A stretch of 21,913 bases of DNA from Vulcanisaeta sp. AZ3 (GTDB lineage: Archaea > Thermoproteota > Thermoprotei > Thermoproteales > Thermocladiaceae). Made by a program: the position numbers and the translations under genes. The DNA lies in assembly GCA_000960865.2 (NCBI GenBank), contig JZWU02000028.1, positions 1 to 21,913 of the forward strand. Direction: 5' to 3'. Every line of letters starts with the position of its first letter. The first letter of the stretch is position 1. Below, one piece after another: positions 1 through 8,504 of the stretch. The notes under the pieces are model-generated. The model was not told the origin of the DNA. It was given only the letters and a program-made list of their open reading frames with translations, and did no database searches.

Positions 1-638
1 TATTCCTTTGGATTTGGTGGCCTGTGGCTGACGTGGCATTTTACGGTTCAAACATGTACACACCTTACATAACGAAGGGTCTCGGCCTAACGACACCAGA
101 ACTAGCATTCCTAGCTTCTGCTCTTTATTGGGCTATAGCACTCTTTGGATATTACACAACCGCAGTTACATATGATACACTTGGTAGGAGGCTTGTAACG
201 ATATTAGGCTCAACCATAATGGGCATAGATATGTTCATAGGCTTCGCACTCTATAAAATGGGATTATTTGAAACGTCACTGGCATTTCCATTAATAATGA
301 TATTATTCACGATCTACTATTACTTTATGAATTTTGGCCCAGGGCCTTGGACTGTGGCCATGGCTGAGATTTGGCCCACTAGGATTAGAGCCACTGGTCA
401 GGGAATGGCCTCCATGTTCTCAAGAATTGGGGCTGCCATTGCAACTTTTTATATGCCAATATTAATTCATCAAATAGGGTATGACTCAGCATTCATACTC
501 CTAGGTGGAGCAATCCTATTCGTCGCCCTATGGTCGTATTTACTCATGCCTGAGACCAAAGGATTAACACCATCACAAATTGAACAAATGGTTCTTGAGG
601 GTAAAGTGGGCATTTTAGCTAAGAGGATTCAGGGTTGA
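1..638 (+). CDS. MFS transporter (sugar porter / metabolite:H+ symporter-like), C-terminal half, truncated by the window start
   Basis: The frame is open from nt 3 (FLWIWWPVADVAFY...), so the GTG at 24 is internal. Six hydrophobic helices. MFS motifs DTLGRR, EIWPTRIRATGQG, SRIGA and PETKG. Confidence 0.93.
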   Translation, partial: FLWIWWPVADVAFYGSNMYTPYITKGLGLTTPELAFLASALYWAIALFGYYTTAVTYDTLGRRLVTILGSTIMGIDMFIGFALYKMGLFETSLAFPLIMILFTIYYYFMNFGPGPWTVAMAEIWPTRIRATGQGMASMFSRIGAAIATFYMPILIHQIGYDSAFILLGGAILFVALWSYLLMPETKGLTPSQIEQMVLEGKVGILAKRIQG

Positions 639-657
639 GGTTGGGTGTAAGAAAATA

Positions 658-1033
658 TTATTCACCTAGGACTTTTAGCAATTTATCTGTGAGTTCTTCG
701 ATTTTTAGAAGTATTAATCCTAGGTTTGGATCAGGCCTTACTATGGCTATAAGTATTAACTCCTTACCTAGCGGTGCGAGGAGGAGCTTTTTGCGCTGCA
801 TTATTGCTATTATTGAGTCACCAAGATTTAATTCCGCACCCAACCTTTCTATTGTGCTCCTCGTAATCGCAGATATGGCGCTGATAACCTTAGCATTAAA
901 CTCACCACCAACCTTAAACGCCACAGACAGACCATCACGCCTAGTAATTAAGGCTCTAACTATGTCTGGATAGGACCCTACTTATAAAATCGTCTAAGAG
1001 ACTAACAATTTCTTTACTAATGCTAGATTCCAT
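658..1033 (-). pseudogene. Roadblock/LC7 (MglB-like) domain protein interrupted by a 1-nt frameshift at about 976-978 (pseudogene, sequencing error or recoding)
   Basis: ATG at 1033 gives MESSISKEIVSLLDDFISR. Skipping one G of GGG continues in frame as SYPDIVRALITRRDGLSVAFKVGG...NLGLILLKIEELTDKLLKVLGE, 124 aa in total. The xxRDGL turn, central helix and C-terminal NLGLI helix are typical of Roadblock/LC7. The ORF track shows only the 88-aa 3' part. Confidence 0.78.
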
Positions 1034-1051
1034 TGGCGTCGGATTTTCTGC

Positions 1052-1068
1052 TTTAAAAATCCTTCTAT
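1052..1068 (-). promoter_or_regulatory. Putative BRE/TATA for the Roadblock gene
   Basis: The minus strand reads ATAGAAGGA-TTTTTAAA upstream of ATG 1033. Spacing to the ATG is slightly short. Confidence 0.4.
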
Positions 1069-1254
1069 TCTTAATAAGTAAGCAGTATTGATGATGCATC
1101 TAAACAGCGCCTTAAATATTCTTGTAGACCCCCATATCAATTAAAGAGACAGTGAGTATGAATACTTAGTGTGTAGGTAATTGTAATTTTCTCATGTATC
1201 AACTATAGGCCAAATTCGTGAAATTATAAACTGGCGAGCGTCTTCGACATAACA

Positions 1255-1815
1255 TCAAAATTTAATTAGGAGACCAGAAGTGTTACTCATAATTAATGTT
1301 AAAATTAATGATGCGGTAATTGCCATTACGGGCTTCCAGGGAATTAAAGTATTTGGTGCTTTTAATTCAACCCTAATATTCTCAAAGACCTCATCTATAC
1401 ACCTACCCAGTGGCTTAATACACACCTTCCTATCACTAACAAAATCCCTCAATGCCTCTAACGTCTCGTAAACAACATTGAACCTAGAACCAGTTAGGTG
1501 CTGAATATATTCCCTACTAATCTCAACTTCAGACTCTATGCGACCATCACTAAATATCCTAACGTGCAATTCCCAAGGTCCGTGAATCCTCATTGATAGA
1601 CTATAAGCCTCACCCTTATTCATGGTAGGAAAAGCCCTCCTAAATCCTCTACTGAGGAACCCTCTTGCTACAGTGTCAATCTCATCATGAGGCACTTTAA
1701 TAATGAAGATATTATCTCTCGACCCACTTACTATTAAAGGTAGTGGTATTGTATATCTCTCATTATTATCAAACCTCACGTGCCATGGTAAATATACTAT
1801 GTAGTTGCTCCTCAT
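1255..1815 (-). CDS. Hypothetical protein with a C-terminal membrane anchor
   Basis: 186-aa ATG ORF with host-like codon use, an alpha/beta-looking soluble part (WELHVRIFSDG) and a hydrophobic C-terminal helix (VMAITASLILTLIM). Confidence 0.8.
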   Translation of the reverse strand: MRSNYIVYLPWHVRFDNNERYTIPLPLIVSGSRDNIFIIKVPHDEIDTVARGFLSRGFRRAFPTMNKGEAYSLSMRIHGPWELHVRIFSDGRIESEVEISREYIQHLTGSRFNVVYETLEALRDFVSDRKVCIKPLGRCIDEVFENIRVELKAPNTLIPWKPVMAITASLILTLIMSNTSGLLIKF

Positions 1816-1845
1816 GATACAGTTTATAATTTCCTAGTTGCTTAA

Positions 1846-4653
1846 TTATTTTGCGTTGTTGAAAGGCCACCAGTTCCATTTACCGAGGAGGACTATTATT
1901 GCTGGTACAAGTAATGGTCTAATTATGAAAGAGTCTATAATTACTGATGAGGCGACAGCCAGGGCGACCTGCTTAAGTATATAAATGCTTGAAACAGCTA
2001 AAGAGGCAAAGGCCATCGCAAGAACTAGAGCTGCACCAGTAACAACAGGCCCCGTGAATTCCACTGCCCTCACTATTGCCTCCCTATCACCATGACCACT
2101 CATGACCTCCTCCTTGAACCTACTGATTATGAATAAGTCGTAGTCTGTACCCACGCTAAGTAGCAATGATATTAATATCACAGGCAGTAACCAGTAGGTC
2201 TTTATACCCATTAAGCCCTGAAATACCGCTATTGTTAGGGCTAATGACCAGGTAATACTCATAAGCACTGTTGCCACGAGCCTTAGGGGTATCATTATTG
2301 AGCGCATGTATATTGTGAGTATTATTATGTTCACAGCAATCATAACATAGAGAATAAGCCCATAGTACTCATGCTCAAAGCCAAGCACGAAGTAATACTT
2401 ATACGATGGAGACCCACCAATGAGTATTCTGGCACCATATTCCCTTGAGATCTCGTTGGCAATTCCCTTAAGGCTTATGTATATGGGTATGAGCTTGTCT
2501 GATAGTGATTGTTGATTTACGATGGCCGTTATTATGTATAGGTCGGTATTATTGTATGATAAGGCTGCATTTATTACATAGCCCTGATCCCTTACCTCCC
2601 TTAGTAGGGTTAGTGCTGCAGATTTATTGCCATAAATCACTAAGTACGCTGTTGAGTGATCATAATTCCTAAAGTGAGTGATTAATATATCGAGGCCGAT
2701 CTTCGCTGGTGTATTCGGCATTACTTGAACTGGGTCGGTGGTTATGTTAATGTTCATTAGTAGGTATGTCAATGTTAATGCCGTTATTACTAAGAATATG
2801 GCTAACACAGTCCTCGGCCTATTCACCGCAAATCTCGCCATCCTTGATAAGAAGGCAGTCCTTAACTCGAGAGACTTAGCCCTTAATCCCATGGGCCATA
2901 GTAATCCATCACCGAGAAGCCTCATAACCTCTGGTAGTACTAGCGCTGTTGCTATTATTGTAAGTGATACCGCTACTATAAAGCCTATGCCGATGTCCTG
3001 CATGTATCCATACCTCGATATAATGAAGCTACCGAGACCGAGACCAACCACTGAGGCGCTTGTTAGGATTGTCGGCCTAACCCTTGATAGGGTTATTTTT
3101 AATGCTTCGTCCTTATTGAACCCCTTAATTCTCTCCTCAAGATATCTACTTAGCATTAACATACTATAGTCAATGCCTATCCCAAATATTATGGGAGCTA
3201 TCATATACACCGTCAAATAATATAGTTTGAAGTTCACAGCCCAGCCATACAATAGGCCGAGCGATGCCAGGTAGGATAAGCCCAGGAGAGTTAATGATGC
3301 CACTGGGCCTATTAGGGTTCCGAGCATTGATATCATAGTGAGGAATACGAGGATTGCCGTGGTTTTATCGATTATGTCCACATCACTGGTGACTATCTTC
3401 TCAAGTTCATAGAGAATTATGTTAGTACTCACAGGATAAATCCAATCCTTCCTTACCAATAGGTTGTAGAGCATGTCCTCGTAGTTACTGGGTGTTGTTA
3501 TGAGGGCTACTGTGTATGTTTTGTTGAGGAAATCCTTGGTTATGTTGTTGGGTAGATTGAATATGCTTGGTGGTGGTTTTTCTTGAGTTATTATGTTTAT
3601 TATGCTTGAGTTAATATTATTAACTACAGAGTAGACAATAGAGGGATTATTATTGCAGGTTAATTGATTTAAGTATGGTATTAATAACGCTGGTGTATTA
3701 TTTATGTACTCATTAATCATAAGTAACTTAAGTAGGTTTATGTTTGCCTGTGGTCCTATGAGCACAGCAAGCTTAAGTAATGTTTCGTTTGCACCACGAT
3801 TAATAAATGATTGATATACATAACTTGTAATGTTATTTAATGAATTAAGTCCTGGATACTCCTTAATTAACCTCTCATAATTATTCAGAAGAAGCCCCGT
3901 TATATTTATGCTAAGCAATTGGTAGGGCGTGGGCTTGTTGCCAACCTTCTCTGTGAGCTCTCTCAGGGTTATGTTGGATAATTCATACGCATAGGCACTA
4001 TAACCATATCTGCTCACGTAATTCCTCGTCGTCATGGTAAATAAGGCATTTAATGTTACGTTTGGGTAGTGTTTTATGTAGTAGTTTTGAATTTGGTTAT
4101 AGAGCATTTGTTCGTAAATTATGGTTATATTTAATTCGCGTTTAATATTGCTTGAGATATTATAGACCTCTGAGTAATATTCCTTATTTAACCTTAGGAT
4201 TGAGGAACATTCATTGTTTAAAGACCAATATAGATTCCAGGTATTTCTTGTTAAGTTGTTCATAAGTTTATCAGCAATTTTCATCACCGTTTCATTATAC
4301 TTCGAGTAAATATCGTTATACACGGTTAATAGATCAATCAAGGATGCGTTAGGTGCATCTATTGAACGCACGACATTCCCCACATAGTTTAGTCTATTGA
4401 TGAGACTTGTGGATTCATTATCTAGCTTGATTACAACTACGATAGTTGTTTTGTTAGGTGTGCCTATGTATTTATTAACTATGTGGCTAACTACCATGGG
4501 TTCTATATTGCTTGGCATTAATTGTGTTTCGTCATAGGTTAGTACGCCGAATACTTTGGCAGCGTAGTGCGCTAGGTATATCATCATTAATAGCCATATT
4601 ATGATTATCATTATTGAACGAATATTCCTGAATTTCATCCCTCCATAAGGCAT
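1846..4653 (-). CDS. MMPL family (RND superfamily) membrane transporter
   Basis: 935 aa with a 1+5+1+5 TM layout and two extracellular loops. Signature motifs GIGIDYSMLMLSRYLEE and SVGTDYDLFIISRFKEE, and C-terminal RPLLVPAIIVLLGKWNWWP. The true start may be ATG 4638. Confidence 0.95.
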   Translation of the reverse strand: MPYGGMKFRNIRSIMIIIIWLLMMIYLAHYAAKVFGVLTYDETQLMPSNIEPMVVSHIVNKYIGTPNKTTIVVVIKLDNESTSLINRLNYVGNVVRSIDAPNASLIDLLTVYNDIYSKYNETVMKIADKLMNNLTRNTWNLYWSLNNECSSILRLNKEYYSEVYNISSNIKRELNITIIYEQMLYNQIQNYYIKHYPNVTLNALFTMTTRNYVSRYGYSAYAYELSNITLRELTEKVGNKPTPYQLLSINITGLLLNNYERLIKEYPGLNSLNNITSYVYQSFINRGANETLLKLAVLIGPQANINLLKLLMINEYINNTPALLIPYLNQLTCNNNPSIVYSVVNNINSSIINIITQEKPPPSIFNLPNNITKDFLNKTYTVALITTPSNYEDMLYNLLVRKDWIYPVSTNIILYELEKIVTSDVDIIDKTTAILVFLTMISMLGTLIGPVASLTLLGLSYLASLGLLYGWAVNFKLYYLTVYMIAPIIFGIGIDYSMLMLSRYLEERIKGFNKDEALKITLSRVRPTILTSASVVGLGLGSFIISRYGYMQDIGIGFIVAVSLTIIATALVLPEVMRLLGDGLLWPMGLRAKSLELRTAFLSRMARFAVNRPRTVLAIFLVITALTLTYLLMNINITTDPVQVMPNTPAKIGLDILITHFRNYDHSTAYLVIYGNKSAALTLLREVRDQGYVINAALSYNNTDLYIITAIVNQQSLSDKLIPIYISLKGIANEISREYGARILIGGSPSYKYYFVLGFEHEYYGLILYVMIAVNIIILTIYMRSIMIPLRLVATVLMSITWSLALTIAVFQGLMGIKTYWLLPVILISLLLSVGTDYDLFIISRFKEEVMSGHGDREAIVRAVEFTGPVVTGAALVLAMAFASLAVSSIYILKQVALAVASSVIIDSFIIRPLLVPAIIVLLGKWNWWPFNNAK

Positions 4654-4679
4654 TTAATGGGGAATAAATATCATTTCCC
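4654..4679. promoter_or_regulatory. Very compact divergent promoter region between the MMPL and ABC ATPase genes
   Basis: 26-bp gap. TTTAAT at 4653-4658 (+) precedes GTG 4680. TATTTATT at 4670-4663 (-) precedes ATG 4638. Confidence 0.45.
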
Positions 4680-5558
4680 GTGGTTAATGACGGAGAGATT
4701 GTTAGGCTGGTGAATGTTGGTAAGAGGTATTACTTGAGTGATTACGTGTATATTGATGCTCTTATCGACATTAATTTAGTGATTAGAAACGGGGAGGTTG
4801 TAGTGGTAATGGGGCCGAGTGGCTCGGGTAAGACGACTCTCATGAACATAATTAGTACGTTGGATAGGCCAACAAGTGGTAGAGTGATTATAGATGGTAT
4901 TGACGTGACCGATACCGATGAGAACTTTCTATCTAGGTTTAGGCTTGAGAGACTTGGTTTTGTGTTTCAGCAGTACAACCTGATACCTCAATTAACTGCC
5001 ATTGAGAATGTAATGCTGCCTATGTTATTAACGGGTAAGTATGTTAAGGAGGAGGCTAGAGAGAAGGCTAAGTTATTATTGGACTTAGTTGGAGTTGGTG
5101 AATTTATGAACAACAAGCCCAATCAATTATCTGGTGGTCAGCAGCAGAGAGTTGCCATTGCCAGGGCGTTGGCTAATAATCCATCCTTCGTAATAATGGA
5201 TGAACCTACGGGATCTGTTGATTTAGCCAGTTCGTACTTGATACTCGACTTAGTACGCTTATTAAATAGGGCTCTAAGCGTTACTTTCATAATTGCAACT
5301 CATAACATGGAGGTTGCCTCGATAGGCACTAGAATAATTTACCTAAGGGGTGGTAGGATGATGGAAGAGAAAGATCTTGGGAGGATTAGGGAGGAGTTCG
5401 GTAGGTTAAGGGTTGATCCGAACACTATTGTTAATTCATACCTTAGGATCTTAGATCTCGAGGAGAGGAGGCTCAGGAGGCTTGGACAGGATATAAGTGA
5501 TGTAGAAAGGAGGAGAAAGTTCATTGATGACTTTATGAACGGAGTATCCAGCGGGTAG
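4680..5558 (+). CDS. ABC transporter ATP-binding protein, LolD/MacB/FtsE-like, with a charged C-terminal extension
   Basis: Walker A GPSGSGKTT, Q-loop GFVFQQYNL, signature LSGGQQQRVAIARAL, Walker B/D-loop VIMDEPTGSVD, H-switch ATH. No TM segments. Confidence 0.95.
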   Translation: MVNDGEIVRLVNVGKRYYLSDYVYIDALIDINLVIRNGEVVVVMGPSGSGKTTLMNIISTLDRPTSGRVIIDGIDVTDTDENFLSRFRLERLGFVFQQYNLIPQLTAIENVMLPMLLTGKYVKEEAREKAKLLLDLVGVGEFMNNKPNQLSGGQQQRVAIARALANNPSFVIMDEPTGSVDLASSYLILDLVRLLNRALSVTFIIATHNMEVASIGTRIIYLRGGRMMEEKDLGRIREEFGRLRVDPNTIVNSYLRILDLEERRLRRLGQDISDVERRRKFIDDFMNGVSSG

Positions 5559-5589
5559 GTTTAATTAGTAGTGAGTTTAACTTTACATA

Positions 5590-7359
5590 ATGAACATTAG
5601 GCATGTATTAATCATTGTATTGATTATGGCGCTCATGATAAGTAGTACGGTATATGCTAGTGACGGATTGACGGGTTATTTCACAATTAATTACGTAACT
5701 TACCTAAGCCCTAATGGGCAAGTATCGAATTATTACATTGAATATTCACTAATGCTCTATAATAATGGGCCATATGCAGTACCACTCAATGTTTCAATGA
5801 GAATACCGCAGTATTCAAGTATAATTTACATATCGCCAACAGCAACAAAGATTACCAATAATGTGGTTTCTTGGGTTGTTAACCTACAACCATATTCTGA
5901 GGAGGAACTTGAGGTTAGGTTTAAACCAGTCTATACGGTATTACCCATAGCCCTCTTAAACTATAAGGTCTTGGTCAATGAATCATCTGTGAACTCCACC
6001 GTGATTAGCGGTGGCGTTGGCACAAGGATAAACTCACTCATTAATATAACAAACCTACTTCCGTTTCAAATAATGACCACTATCACGCTCACGAAGCAGT
6101 CAGGGATTTATTATGAAAATAATGTTACACCCACAATAACCCAGAATATCCTTGGGTATGAGATTAATTCTTGGATTTTCATTACGGAAAACACAACCTC
6201 AATGTCTTTAGGCATGGTCATTGATAATATGGGGCCATGGCAAAGCGTGAGGATAAATCCAATCACCGTTCAAGCCAGTATAGACCTTAATGAATCAATA
6301 AACTCTATCACCTTAACAATAAATGAACTAAATTCATCAATTAATCAATTAAGGTCCTTAACTAATACCATAACAAATGCATCAGGCATTGCGGGTAACT
6401 ATACAACTCAGTTCCTACGATTAATAGCCCTACTTAATCAAACCGCAGATGTCCTCGGCTCATCAGCGTACTTAATAAACTCTACATTACTCATCGAGGG
6501 CTTATTGCAAGCTCAATTAATTGAGCTTAAGTTAGCACTCACGGCTGAGGGGCAAGTAATCAATGCTGAGTCGAACGTATTATTCCAGTTAAGGAATTCT
6601 CTAAGCCCCATTGTAAATAACGAACAATCTTACATAACACTACTAAACACGTTGAAGACTAACCTACAGCAAATTGCAGGGTCAATAAGTAATGAGACTA
6701 TAAGGGCTGAGATAAATAGAACGATAAATCTCATAAACCAAATAGAGAATTCATTAATAATACTCAATCAAGTATATACTAATTTAGGCGCAATGCAAAG
6801 TGAATTATCCTCAACACAGACTCAACTCCATCAAGCTATTCAGGGATTAAACTATGCAATAGCTGCAGCTAACGAAAGCGAGAGCTTAATAATAAGTATT
6901 TCAAGAAATCTATATGCATTGCATAATGAATTAATTAACTTAACAAATCAATTATTGAATACATACCTAAACATGGCAACATACCAAACTAGCACCCTCA
7001 AGTATCTACTTAAAGTAAGTGGCTATGAGGATAATTTAAGTAGTATTATTGCGGAGGATAAAATTAAACTATTAGCGTTGAGAGCCCTTGCTAACCAATA
7101 CCTTGCATACCTGAGTATTAATAACAGTGGGGTGGATATTAATGTAGATGTTGAGGAGACATTCATCATAAACATGCCATCAGTAGTAAACACACAATAC
7201 CTAATGCAATTACTTAATGAGACCACGAGGACCACTAATAATAATGCGGTAAGTCATGGGTCACAGGGTATGGCCATTAATATTAACTATGCAATAGCAT
7301 TATTGAGTACAGTGATTATTGCAACATCCGTGGTGCTCTCGTTTAGGAGAATGCGTTAA
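5590..7359 (+). CDS. Secreted, C-terminally membrane-anchored beta-sandwich + coiled-coil protein, probably N-glycosylated, function unknown
   Basis: Class I signal peptide (VYA|SD), about 200 aa beta-rich region, about 280 aa heptad-patterned helix, C-terminal TM followed by RRMR, and about 19 N-x-S/T sequons by manual count. Confidence 0.88.
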   Translation: MNIRHVLIIVLIMALMISSTVYASDGLTGYFTINYVTYLSPNGQVSNYYIEYSLMLYNNGPYAVPLNVSMRIPQYSSIIYISPTATKITNNVVSWVVNLQPYSEEELEVRFKPVYTVLPIALLNYKVLVNESSVNSTVISGGVGTRINSLINITNLLPFQIMTTITLTKQSGIYYENNVTPTITQNILGYEINSWIFITENTTSMSLGMVIDNMGPWQSVRINPITVQASIDLNESINSITLTINELNSSINQLRSLTNTITNASGIAGNYTTQFLRLIALLNQTADVLGSSAYLINSTLLIEGLLQAQLIELKLALTAEGQVINAESNVLFQLRNSLSPIVNNEQSYITLLNTLKTNLQQIAGSISNETIRAEINRTINLINQIENSLIILNQVYTNLGAMQSELSSTQTQLHQAIQGLNYAIAAANESESLIISISRNLYALHNELINLTNQLLNTYLNMATYQTSTLKYLLKVSGYEDNLSSIIAEDKIKLLALRALANQYLAYLSINNSGVDINVDVEETFIINMPSVVNTQYLMQLLNETTRTTNNNAVSHGSQGMAININYAIALLSTVIIATSVVLSFRRMR

Positions 7360-7416
7360 CAAGTGTTTATTTTTAATCATCAGAAATATCTAATTTTTAA
7401 ATAGAAGCTTGGTTCG

Positions 7417-8031
7417 TTGATATCTGTGAATGATGAGTTGCATGATGGCGGTACCGAGGTTGAGGAATATGTAAAGAGAATAATTAGATCCCTGGGCGAT
7501 GACCCAGAAAGACCGGGCTTAAGGGAGACCCCTAGGAGGTTTATGAATGCATTAATGGAGTTAACAAGGGGTTTAAGGGAACCACCTCCAGAGGTGAAAT
7601 TCTTTTCAATGGAGAGCGAGAAGTATATTGGTCGTATAATGGTTAGGGATGTGAGGTTCACATCGATCTGTGAGCATCACTTATTACCTGTGATTGGCAC
7701 AGCTACCGTGGTCTATGAACCACTTAATAGTGAGGTACCTGGATTGAGTAAGGTTGCTAGGTACGTTAAGTGGTTGGCTGCAAGACCGACGCTGCAAGAG
7801 CGTTTTACTAAGAGACTAGCCGATGAGCTTAAGGAGCAGCTTAATGCTAGGTATGTTTATGTTAAGGTCTGTGCCTTGCATATGTGTGTCATGGTTAGGG
7901 GTGTTAAGGATGAGAGTATGTACATGGTCACTGAGGCTTGGGTGGGTGATGTAACTGAGGATGAGTTGGCAGATATTCGGAGAAATGCGCATTGCAGTAT
8001 CCCTAGGATTGTCTTGACTAAAGATTATTAA
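7417..8031 (+). CDS. folE: GTP cyclohydrolase I (type IA)
   Basis: Motifs RPGLRETPRR, CEHHLLP, GLSKVAR, LQERFT and HMCVMVRGV, with the Zn ligands present. Exact start uncertain (TTG 7417 or GTG 7426). Confidence 0.95.
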   Translation: MISVNDELHDGGTEVEEYVKRIIRSLGDDPERPGLRETPRRFMNALMELTRGLREPPPEVKFFSMESEKYIGRIMVRDVRFTSICEHHLLPVIGTATVVYEPLNSEVPGLSKVARYVKWLAARPTLQERFTKRLADELKEQLNARYVYVKVCALHMCVMVRGVKDESMYMVTEAWVGDVTEDELADIRRNAHCSIPRIVLTKDY

Positions 8032-8057
8032 GTGGTAAGTATTGATAATCCTTAATC

Positions 8058-8504
8058 ATGAATCTTGTGGATAGTATTGAACTTAGTACCCATGTTCATG
8101 CAACGGAGAATGAGGTTAAGGTTGTAAAAGCACTACTTAACTTAGTACCGCCTGATCTAAAGAATGAAACCAATGTTAATGTTATTGATGGACAGGGGCA
8201 TTATGGGAATCCTATTAGGACTGTGAAGGTTCAATTTAGGGGTGAGAAGTCGATACTTGTTGTGAAGTATATACTATCATCAATTGATCAACTCGATAAG
8301 GAGATAATAATTGCGAGTTTAAGGAGTAGGTTTGATGGTGAAAAATTGTATCTTAGGTTTAATAAGCAACTGGCTTATAATGGTATTATGAGGCTTGATG
8401 ATGGTGATGATGTTGTGAGAGTAATAGTTAAGTTTAATCATTGGGCTCTAAAGAATGAGGGTAATATTGAGGATTTATTACGAAAATTAATGAATATACA
8501 TTAG
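8058..8504 (+). CDS. DUF54 / COG1325 RNA-binding protein (predicted exosome-associated)
   Basis: Family motifs HVHATENxxKV, GHYGNPI and [13 protein letters not shown]. Confidence 0.88.
   Translation: MNLVDSIELSTHVHATENEVKVVKALLNLVPPDLKNETNVNVIDGQGHYGNPIRTVKVQFRGEKSILVVKYILSSIDQLDKEIIIASLRSRFDGEKLYLRFNKQLAYNGIMRLDDGDDVVRVIVKFNHWALKNEGNIEDLLRKLMNIH

Noticed and set aside
635-973. 112-aa plus-strand ORF overlapping the MFS stop codon
   Set aside because: Antisense shadow of the Roadblock gene, with no recognisable motifs.
1100-1254. Possible small ORF or GTPase remnant upstream of the Roadblock gene
   Set aside because: I found only very short ORFs on the minus strand and no G-box motifs.
7430-7500. 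Possible C/D box sRNA (ATGATGA...CCGA...TGAGGA) at the folE 5' end
   Set aside because: No terminal CTGA D box at a suitable distance, and the sequence is explained by coding.
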